DNA of 57,344 nucleotides, filler included, from Sphacelaria rigidula (Eukaryota): the NCBI GenBank assembly GCA_964200075.2. It is 5 parts of 5 records of this genome, joined end to end, with 100 filler letters (N's around TTAATTAATTAA, not from the genome) between each part and the next. Parts side by side here need not be neighbours in the genome. Positions count along the whole stretch, not along the records: positions 22,983 to 34,372 come from CAXNAA020004977.1; positions 34,473 to 45,858 come from CAXNAA020004978.1; 3 more parts are not named here. One strand, written 5' to 3'. Made by a program: the position numbers and the translations under genes. The notes under the pieces were generated by a model. It was not told the DNA's origin, did no database searches, and saw nothing but the letters and a program-made list of their open reading frames with translations. This document shows, piece by piece, positions 24,930 to 35,918 of this stretch (position 1 is its first letter; each line of letters starts with the position of its first letter).

Positions 24930-25645
24930 CCAGAGGTCTGCGATCCTCTCGATCGAGCTCAACATCCATCAACCAATCAAGGGAGGAAGGGACGGGTCCA
25001 TTTTGCTGCACAAATATGGTACGACAGCTTCATGTTTTTTTTCATTATGTTTTTGCTCCTTTTTCACTGGAAAACACATGCCCGAGAGGTCTGTGACGCT
25101 CTCAAGCTCAAAATTCGTCAACCAAGACAAGGAATACGATCTATGATACTACACGGTACAGCAACAACACTCTCTCCGATAGGTCAGTATTGAAATGCTT
25201 CCAACCCCTGGCTCGGAAAAAAATCTGACCGAAAGGTCTGTGATGCTCTCGAGCTCAGAATTCCTCTAACGAAAAGAGAAAACCTTGTGCTGCGTGTACT
25301 ATGGATACCACAGCTGATAGGATGCAATGTGTGCTCAAAAAAATTCCCGAGAGATCCATGATGCTCTCAGACTCAACTTTTCCCAACCGATCAAGGGAAA
25401 AAAGCACATGAGCTACGGAAACGTATATAGTACAAGAGCCTGGCATACACTTGGTGTTGCCCCACTGACTTTATCAGTGTGCTAGATCCATGATGCCCAG
25501 AGCTCAAATCCATCGACTACTAAAATAGTACCGCATCTTGTGCTATATTGCATGCTGACATGAGGTAGCTGCTGCAGATATATGTATAATTCCATCAAAA
25601 AACAAAACGCCCGGAAGGTCTGTGATGCTTTCGGGTTCGGAGTTG
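24930..25645 (+). repeat. Degenerate array of six ~35-bp motifs spaced ~120-150 bp
   Basis: Consensus ccgagaggtctgtgatgctctcgagctca at ~24931, 25082, 25229, 25347, 25481, 25611. Confidence 0.65.
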
Positions 25646-27672
25646 GCCACCTCTCGCTGCATTATGAAATGGGCTATACGACGAAGAAACCCAGAAGGAA
25701 GAAGGAACGTGAAGTGTACGCTCATCCGAAAGTAAATAAAAAGCAGCCTTGACTCACTCTGTACTTGTGCTTCCCAATACCACCGACTACTGATTACGGT
25801 ACTATCAAACCCCAGCCACTTTCGAACAGAGAGGACTGTAGGGATGCAGAGCAGGAAAATCATATTTTTCCATTATGACTAAAAAAAGACCTGCTGCTGC
25901 GAAGACCACAACAATACCCACCGTGTCTTTTGTAAAGGCCCACCGGCCATTTTTTTTTTTGAGATTGCTGTTTGATACGCCAGCACTCACAGGGCAATGA
26001 CCTGAGCCACGCCATTTCCATATACCCGTGGGCATCTTGACCGAGACTCTCTCAATGACGGAGAGGCGCACGGTCTAACGATCGATTGATTCTACGCACG
26101 ATAGTTTTTAGCATGTGCACGGTACAGAGAGAAAAACTCAACACCAACTGTTATACGAACAATGCAAACAATGAAGAAAAAAAACACCCCACACAAAACA
26201 ATAAAACAAAAAAAAATGAGGCAGATCCAGGCGGATTCAGCGACGCACTCTCACTATCAATACTATCAAGACATGTATTCGTCTGTCGTGTTCGGCATCC
26301 TGCACCGTTTCCACTACATCCACCCGATGCGATCTCTTCAGCTTCCATCTCCATTTTGTTACATCCGCTAGATCCATAACAGCAGCAACAACATCTACGA
26401 CAAAAACACTACCAGACAACGAACGACCATTTTTATTGTCGTTTTCATGTAGCAACAGCTGCGGCCCATTTCATTCTAAATCCAACACATAGCTACTTGG
26501 TTATCGTTTGTGTGCTTTTGTACTTCGTGTACCGAAATGCATCAATCACCACAAAAAAATGATTCCTGTGAGAATGAGGGGGGGAGGGTGATCGCTAGGC
26601 TACATGCAAAATCGAGACGAGTACACGAGGAGGGGGGAAAATCCTGGACATCCTTTTGTTATGGACATCTTCGTATAAATAGCAGTACAGCCCAAACTTC
26701 TACACGATAAATCGCACAAGGCCCACGCCTCTCTGCATATATATCATGAAAATAAGAGCACACTAGTTTAGGTCATACCTCCGTCGACACGCGAGTCCTC
26801 ACTTGAATTCCTCGATGGATCGAGGTCACGACGAGTAAAATTGAAGACAACGTACTTACTAGTAACACAACACCCGCAGCATAGCCAAGAAAAAAATTGA
26901 AGACGGTCCATTACTGTACAAAACATGCGCAAAACGGCTCTGCTCGCACCACTCCAAATCAGCCATTTCTAGTGCCGTACGAATCGTGCCGCGAAACGCG
27001 TGGCGCAAAATCGACATATGTCGTTATCCACTGAAGAGAGCCGAGTGTATGTAGTATGCCTACAAGTTTTCCGTATACGCAGCAAGTGGCGCTACCTACG
27101 CCAAGATAAATCACATCGATCGGAATAAAGAACTTCAACGTGAAGAAGACACGGTAACAGAAGCACGTTTCCGGAGAAATAAAAATACCAAATAAATGAC
27201 CCACCACATGACCCTCTTTGTTGTTTGAATGTACAAACCTAAAATTTGGGAAGACGCGGCAAATTTGAAATGCTGTACAACTCCTCCATCCCCCCCTCCC
27301 GTAATATTTTTCTCCAGTTGTGGCGTGAAACACACCCGCACCGAAAAACACAATTTCGCCGGCAAAGCGCCTGTTGCGTGCGTCTCTGCAACGGGTGTCC
27401 CAAATCACCACTGCAGGAAAAACAACAGCGTCAAAAACGGCGTACCAAGACGGCCGCTCGTCGTGTGCTACCGTCCTTCCATGAAAAAGCTGTACTCGCG
27501 ACCCTCCGGTCAGCTCTCAAGAAAAAAAAAAAACATGAAAAAAACCAACAACGACAAAAAACAGAACACGGGAAACACACAGTCCATAAAAGATGTGTAC
27601 ACACCACCGCACACAAAATCACCAGGAGAGGAGGTAACTAGCTGCGCGTCAGCTGTTGTTACTGAATCACAT

Positions 27673-27710
<38 letters not shown>

Positions 27711-28032
27711 TGGTTGTTGGTGTGGGGGGAAGTTTCCGCCCTCCTCCTACACGACCTACTCTCACAAGCTCTCCGAGGGAACATGAGGGAAATGCTGATT
27801 GAACGACTTCAACGGTCCGTTGACTCCTACCTACACGCTTCACCTATCACCACCACCAACCCGTCTCCGCACTGCCCATTCCCCACGCGTACTTACCCAC
27901 TCGATCGACCCATTTTCCCTTGAATACCTCCTCACGCCCTCGTGTCACAACCTACAATCTAGTAGATATATTATAATAGCAGGACATTAACGGGGTGATG
28001 CAAAAAGCACCAGAACTCGACCGTGCCACTAC

Positions 28033-31000
28033 TCAGTGCAGTGATCTCCAGTCTATGTTGAGGTACCCAGACTCGCACGTCGCGCCGCCAACCAACCTGC
28101 CCAACTGTTCCGACAGTTCGTATTTCAAATCCAACTCTTCCAAGTCGAGAGATGGGTCGAGGGAGCAGCTGAATCTTGGCTTGACGAGAGGGATGTCCCA
28201 GATGGACGCCGCCTTGAACAGGTGCTGCGTTACCCACTTTTGAGGGTTGAGGAACCAGATGCCCTCGAAATTGCGAGAGTAGGCGAAAGCGGCCAAGACC
28301 TGACAATACGAGCAAACACCAAGAAACACGGAGGAAAACGCGACGAGGTCGTGGCAGGCGATGATGAAACGGAGGAGAAGACTCGACGAAGGGCACACAC
28401 AGAGGAACATCCAAAATGATGTAGCCTTTGGCTCCGGCTGACGCAACTCACTCTTGTGAGTCATGGGCCATGTCGCTGAGACAGTAGAATAAGTTCCAAA
28501 CCGAACCAAAGCATATCAACACACCAAGGGTAGGTCGAGTAGAGTATACTCGATTGCGGGGTATTTCGATAGTCCTACTTGACGGACACAAATTGGGGTT
28601 AAAATTTCAGGAGTCGCTTTCCAGCTATTTTTTGGGTACGACTCCCGACACTCCACCCTAACTTGAGAATCGTAAGTACGTCTTTCAAAACACCCTGCAA
28701 TTGAGTATAATCTATTCGACCTGCCCTTGCAACACACACACACACACACACTACAGAGTTCCCACGGATCACACGCGATTCACGTTCATTCCCCCAAGCC
28801 CCCGAAGCTGCACACATTATGAGCGCATCGTACGCATGATCATCGACAACGAAACGGCACTCCAAATGAAAAACACAGGCCCAAGTAGGTTTTTTTTCTT
28901 TCACCTCTGCCGCGTTGACGTGGTCAAACTCAGCGACCACTTCCAGCACTCTCTCCCCGCCCACATCGCCACCATCCGGCACGATCGCCCGGGCTAGCTC
29001 GCCGTTCACGTACGAGGGTAAAATCAGATCAGTGCCGTATGTGAACAAGGGCGCTTCGAACCCAAGCAGGGCCGACGTGGTCAGCGCGCTTGCTAGCGTC
29101 GCACGATCGGCCCCTCGGCCCTCGGAGTACACCACCAGTAGATCGCCCCGAGGAGAATGAGTATCCTTGGAGGAGAACGTCCTAGACACGAGGGTACCCG
29201 GCGTCAAGTAGTAGATGAGGTCGGCGTCGGCACCGCAGTACTGGTCGGCAATGAGAGCGGAGAGGCCAGGGTCGCGTGTGACAGAAACGGATACCCATGA
29301 CATCTCCTCGAACGTCCTGGTTTGGTGGGGTGCACGGGGTCGTTACAGTTTCCAGAGGATATTTGTCGTCGGTGAGGAGATGCGGATTTGAAGAGCGGGA
29401 ACGAGCGGGCAGCTGAGACTGGACAGAAGAACATCGCATTGCATTCATACCATTAGCAAAGTGCACCCAAAGTCATTGCCCTCGACACAAGCACAACTCG
29501 ACATGCTTGCAGTCCACAAACTCCAGATCGGACCATGAAACGAAAAACGATGCATGGAAAAATACATGAAAGAAAAACACCTGGACACGCAACACCAGCC
29601 AAGAGAGCAACTTTTAACATGTTTTCGTGAGATTAGGAGTAGAGGGCTGATCGAGAGTGTGTGGATTTCATTCACTCTAGCTCGACCAATTTTTGACGTC
29701 TCTGCCCGTAACACTGGTGTGTGCCCACAGCTACACGTCGATATCCTACTCAGGGATATCGAGGGCTTCAGTGGCATTCTACTACAGAAATCGGATCGGG
29801 CCTTGTCGAGCGTCATCCCGGAACTGAAACGATTGGATAACTAATAGTCCGCTTCTCACTCTCGATCGTATCCTCTACTCTCGATCTCACGAGAACATTT
29901 GTTCTGTACTCGTTTAGTGTGACGCTTTGTTCGCAACTCACTGTTCAAATACGGCGAGGTCCTCCTCGGCGACCGCAATAGCCACACGGACTCCCGGCAT
30001 GAACTCCATGACGCTCTTCACGGACACCTCGGTCTCTTCGAGCAGGCCGAAGTCCGACCCAATGAACGCGCAGATATTGTCGCGCTCAATACCCCCCACG
30101 AAAGGTTCGTGAGCCCAGGAATTGGCCCCTCCGCTGTCGACGACTATCTCGCCTTCCGTGGCAAGAGCGGCGACGGGCGTCAGTTGACGGCGACCTGGTA
30201 CGTACGCATCGGGGGGAGCGAGCGTGTCACACATGATCACTTCCTCGCCATCGCGTGCGCGTTCTTGGGCTGTCGCGAGGTCGTGGAAGCACTCGCGGCA
30301 GTTGGTACCATGGCTGCCGTCCTCGGTTCCACACCCCCCTCGTCCGTAGACCGGGTCGTCGTCGGCGCAGGTGGGGTCACAGACGCGTCCGGAGTGATCG
30401 TCGGAGATGGGGCAGCTGGCCTCGCAGCCAGACCTGTTGGGTATGACAACGGGTAATTAAATCGGTAAACCAAACAGTGAGAACGGAGAAATGTGTTTCT
30501 GGCCAAATAAAGAGTAATCGTAGCGTAATAGCCCGTTCAGGTGATATACGGGCTCACTGCGGTCCAAGTACGGAATGTGAGCGATGAATTTGACGGGAAA
30601 ACACACATACACGCACGAACAACTCACTTGTTGGTTGACACACTGCAAGAATCTGGCTGGTAGCAGGCTCATGAGAAAAACAACACGCGATCACGGCAAC
30701 GGTTTCCGCAAATAAAGCTTCGACGAACCGATTCGACTACACTATTGCAGGATCGCCAGACATCGGTACACCCGTAAGAATACACTTACTGGTCGGGGGT
30801 GTCGGCGTCGTCGAGAGAATCATCCGTAGTCGTCGACATCTTGCTCACGCCGTACTTCCGATTCCTCTTCGCCTTCCACTTCTTGTTCGCTTTCCGCTCG
30901 GGCACGGCGTCACCTTCGTCACCCCCACTAGACCCTTTTAGTCGCCGAGACCCATGGGGAACCCCCGCCAAGTAACGGCGGGCGTACCCGTCGGGGGGAG

Positions 31001-33659
31001 AAAGAGTGTCACACATGATCACATCCTGACCGTTGCTTTGAAGACTGCGAGCCTCTTCCAAGTCGATGTAGCAGGCGCGGCACTCGGCGCCGTAAAGGCC
31101 GTCGGAAATGCCGCAATCATCCGTGCCGTAGACGGGATTGGGGTCGGAGCAGCTGGAGTCGCAGACGCGACCGCTGTTTTCGCCGATGTAGGAGCAGGTG
31201 TCCTCGCAACCACCACTAGACGAGGTCAATCGGCGAGACCCACGGGGAACCCCCGCCAAGTAACGGCGGGCGTACCCGTCGGGGGGAGAAAGAGTGTCAC
31301 ACATGACCACATCCTGACCGTTGCTATGAAGACTGCGAGCCTCTTCCAAGTCGGTGTAGCAGGCGCGGCACTCGGCGCCGTAAAGGCCGTCGGAAATGCC
31401 GCAACCATCAGTGCCGTAGACGGGATTGGGGTCTGAGCAGCTGGAGTCGCAGACGCGACCGCTGTTATCGTCGGTGTAGGAGCAGGTGTCTTCGCAACCA
31501 GGCCTGCAAGGAGGTATGTCAACAACCCCACCCGAAAGAACAAAGGAAGACGTGAGATATCTCCAATTCGACTCTTGAGCTGTCAATCAAATGTCACGAA
31601 AGTCAAACAAATAGTAAAAATCGATATTGCTTCCCTTCTTCCATACCATTGCTGTAAGCTTATATATTGCAGTGTAGATTACACATGTAATTCTCAGGGG
31701 GATGTTTCATGAAAAAAGGGAAGCCGATGGCAATTTCCCTCATGCTTTTGACTGAGACATTTGATCGCTGGCAAAAGGAGGCAGTTCAGAGACGGCATAT
31801 TATAATAAACGTCCACCTGCTCCAGGCCCGTCACCGACCCGAGCAGAATTTCCATGCTAGGCACCCCGCCACACGGCACGCTTGTGCCTCTTCAGCAATT
31901 ATATGACTCAAGGGCCCGTTGGCAGTGGGCGACAAGATCGAGGCGAGATGCATTCCACACACATGACACACCAGATGAAACGGCTTCAGCTAAGGCCGTG
32001 TCTTCGGCCGTGTCGCAGCACATCATGTATCGATCGAAGCAGCGCGGGGGAAAACAAGTATCCTGATCCGATAGGTTGTGATTTCAACCATCGCCAAAAT
32101 AAACCACCGTAATTGAAATCACGACCTATCAAATTGGGGGTTTTCTTTTCCACCCACGTTTTCGATCGAAAAAAAATGTGGTGAGAAACGCCCTGATAAA
32201 CTGCCGTGTGCCGCACAGGTGCCACCCGGGCAAAAAATATCGAAAACCCCAAAATGCACACCTCGCCGCTGCGAATGACGCTTAAAGCTTGCACGATGGC
32301 GGTCACCAAGAGCACAAACGATGTTCGGAAGAAATCACACCTAACGGAAAACGCAACAACAGTGCATGGCCACGTCGATGTCGTCAGGGCATGATGACTT
32401 ACACGTCACTATCCGGCGCAGTTGTCAGCGACCTCTTCCACTTCTTCTGCTTCTTCCACTTCTGACCGGACTTCCGCTTGCGAATGCCACCCTTGCCATT
32501 GCTCGAGAGCCTCCGGGTGGCGGCCACCATGCGCTTGACTGGTGCCACCTCAGGCATCGGCTGGGGAGGTTCGTGGGTGTCGCACATGATCACCCGGCCG
32601 CCATGACGCTGCGCCACCTCGTCGGAAACAAGGGCAGTCTGAAGATCGTGGAAGCAATACCGGCAAGTGGCACCGTGGTTCCGCCAGTTACAGTTGTAGT
32701 CACCAAAACGCCCGGTGCCGCAGGTGTAGTCGCAGACCTAGCGATTCGTACAAAGTCACAATGGCGACAGCGTGGTTTGAGGCTTCACAAGACCGCGGCA
32801 ATGCGAAAACGATGAGTTCTTCATGTCAATGAAACTCGCTCAGTTCGATCGCTGCAAGAGTTACGAGTAGGGAATTTGCTGCACTGAAGGAGAAATTACA
32901 GGTCGTGTTGTCTGCGTGTGGCCGAAAATTCAACGGCGGTACAAAGTCGACAGATACGTCGAACATGCGGTCGACCAGTTCCTGGTGGTAGTTCGGCAGG
33001 CATGTTCATGGTATTCCCTGCAGGGTTTGCTGACGCGTCAATTCTAGCCGAACATCAGCAAGCAAGCACTTGCACAAACAGGCCAATATCAAGCAGATAC
33101 TCAAGTAGCTTATTTGCAGAGCCCACTAATCTCGAAAATTATCTCCTGCGCAAAGTTGATGTATGGTACTCTGCGCACTATTGTATTCGGACGAAAATCT
33201 ACTCACCGTGTCAGCCTTGAGGGCGCATTTGTCATCACATTCGAGGGCCGCCGGCGGTCGCATGGTATCGCACATGATGACGTGCTTGCCCTCGTTGTCC
33301 TCGGAGTCCCGCTTACGGAGGTCAGCCTCCGCTGCCAGTGCCGCCACCTGGTCGGTGTAGCAGAGTCGGCAACTGCTCCCGTACCTGGCAGAATTACCTG
33401 CACCGCAGAGGTGCCCGCCGAAGCGGCCATCCGAGTGACACGACGCATCGCAAACGGTGGACATACCATCGGGCAAGCCCTCGCTAGAGCCACAGGAAGC
33501 GTCACAAGGTAGTATCGCCTCGACTGTTTCCGCACCAACTTTGCCGTCCGTGTCGCGATTGCTGCCCTCGATGCGGCTACCGTGTATAAATAGAGTGTCC
33601 CCGGCGAGTGCTGTACCGAGTGTGTCCACGTCAACGTTCTCGTACCCTACGTTGGCGAT
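28033..33659 (-). CDS. Host gene (5'-partial): five 8-Cys repeats plus C-terminal glycosyltransferase-like domain
   Basis: Phase-consistent GT-AG exons 33659-33207, 32737-32403, 31503-30790, 30433-29942, 29316-28905, 28299-28033 (TGA); 2673 nt = 890 aa + stop, no internal stops; tentative upstream exon 33967-33874; repeat CxxxC..VCDxxC..GxxxC..GxxCRxC(Y/F)xD..V(I/V)MCDT. Confidence 0.85.
29616..29903. mobile_element. ~290-bp MITE-like element, copy 2 (intronic)
   Basis: TIRs and interior similar to 23081-23380; lies in intron 29317-29941. Confidence 0.7.
30955..31500 (-). repeat. Recent intra-exonic tandem duplication, 288-bp (96 aa) period
   Basis: acccccgccaagtaacggcgggcgtacccg at 30961 and 31249; near-identical Cys repeats 3 and 4. 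Confidence 0.9.
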
Positions 33660-34372
33660 CTGGTGCGCGTGTTACCGTCATGGAGGCGGAAGGCAGAGTG
33701 TAAGGACCAGCATTACTTCAAGTTTTTGGCGGACATGATTGACCGTTACGGACTATCTGCGTTGCAAAGCAAGGAGCCGACTAGAAAATGAGGCGAGCGT
33801 TATGACCGCCGGTCGTTTGTGACTACGAAATATTCCCCAGTGGTTGTGGTATGTGTATGTGACGTTGGCTTACCAGTTGCCCGCGAAACGTGCGCATTTG
33901 GATCCTTGTACCACAGGAGCGTTGGCAAATGTATAGTGACCCAAGCAACGAAAAGTCTGCCGGGGGCCTACATGACGTGGAGATGGATCGGCATCATTAC
34001 AGTCGAAGCGTCTACCGCTCAGGAGAACCCGGAGCCGACCAAGGCCGTGTCTGATCGAGACAAAAAAAAAACGGTTGTTTTTGACGCGCACGGGCCGCAA
34101 TTCGTCCATTACAAAACGGATTTCCGTCAAACAAAGACTGCCGTATGTTGATTAGTTCAAGTCTGAAATACGAGCTGGGCCAGTTGACAGTGATTTGCGA
34201 ATGTACCCTGGCCGGGCGATGGGTGATCCAAAGCGTAAGGCGCTGAAATTACTACACCACATATTTATCACCACTACGCACAACCTTCCCGGGGATGCCC
34301 AGAAAAAAAAAACAGAAAGTTGGACACGTCTTTTTTCTCCATATCGATTGATCGCCCGGCCGGCCCACAAAA

Positions 34373-34472
34373 NNNNNNNNNNNNNNNNNNNNNNNNNNNN
34401 NNNNNNNNNNNNNNNNTTAATTAATTAANNNNNNNNNNNNNNNNNNNNNNNNNNNNNNNNNNNNNNNNNNNN
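34373..34472. other. Artificial contig joiner (poly-G tract ~34492-34549 just downstream)
   Basis: N44-TTAATTAATTAA-N44. Confidence 0.97.
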
Positions 34473-34867
34473 GATGACGTAAGGAAGAGTAGGGGGACGG
34501 GGGGTGGGGGGGGGGGGGGGTGGGGGGGGGGGGGGGGGGGGGGGGGGGGAGGCACAATACGGAATTCCAAACAAGACAATCCAAACAAAACGAACACAAG
34601 ACGAAGGAAACGGATCCAAGCCAAGGGCAGTACACGTTTGACTGCAATAATATAACTGTTCAAATACCGTTAACATGAATATGATAAGTCATTTCTCCAA
34701 TCAACCACGATCCCCCCCCCAAAAAAACAACTAATAAGGATGCGTTACTAGACGCACGGAAGAAACAGAGCACACGCCGCAATTCACCATACGTGTGTTG
34801 GCATTGGTCCGATCATTGATTGACGTCCCTCTTGCGGTACGATAAGTACGCTCTAGGATAACCTTAC

Positions 34868-35877
34868 CTCCACCAGGCAGATGTCATCAATCGCTCCTGC
34901 CTCGCAAGGAATAGACTTGAGGACCAACGTGGTACCGTCTAGTAGCCTGGTGGTCTGTTTCCACAAGAAACTCTGTTCGCAGGAGAAAGGCAACGGGGTG
35001 GTATTCCGGAACAATATTCATTCACATATACATTTTCAGAAATGTTTCAAGGGTCGGAAGAATCAATGATTCGTTCGGAAATTTCTTGATTTTAATGTGA
35101 TTCGTACCGTATGAATCAATCCTCAGGGTTTATTTTCAGCGTGGCAACCTAGGCACGCGCAGCTCAGGCACGTGGAATTGCATGAAAATTGCGTGGAGCC
35201 CTCTTTGATCAGCGGTCAACTTTGTACTTTCTTTCCAGCAATCAGGTCTGAAAAATCGTGAGTTTGGTTATTTGAACCGGCGATGATTCATCCGAACCGT
35301 CACATATTTTCCGTATGGACCATGACTGGTTTCATCTGCGTACAGTAGAGGAACGCTTGTGGGGAAGAACAAAGGCTACGGGGTGGCGAGACAACGCTGT
35401 ATACGTACTTGCGTTGAGGGAAAAAAACAGGATAGCCTATAAATATGATAAATTTGTGGATGTGCACAGCTCATCTATTTATGTGTATCAGGACCTGCTT
35501 TACTTTCCGTACGATACAGGAATGCCTGAAACAAATGTTTTTTTTACCATGAGAGAGGTGAGTCAGAACAATGAGTTTACCCCTGTGTGCATCTTCACGC
35601 GAGGCTACAGTACATACCGCCCGGCACTACCACTACTGAGCCACGTACCTCAGCATCGCAATCTTCCCCCCACGACATGCTGACCGTGCTAGGTTCGGAC
35701 TGGTTCACGCTTGGCGCCGGCTCTGTCACCACGCCCGTCCAAGTCTGCAGAATCGGGTCACGAAAGAAAGTCGAAGCTAGTTGGGGTAGGCCGCGTCTCG
35801 TGCGTGGGCATTCATCAGGGGTATCGCCTTCAACTTTTAGGCTCGCGCTTCGGTTCGGGTGCAGTCACCCCACGGCA

Positions 35878-35918
<41 letters not shown>

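Noticed and set aside
24930..25645. CRISPR array
   Set aside because: Degenerate repeats, ~90-115-bp spacers, no cas genes, eukaryotic context
33874..34050. Longer upstream exon reading HGLGRL..HYTFAN..GNW
   Set aside because: Ends in phase 2, incompatible with the phase-0 acceptor at 33659; only the shorter 33967-33874 exon fits
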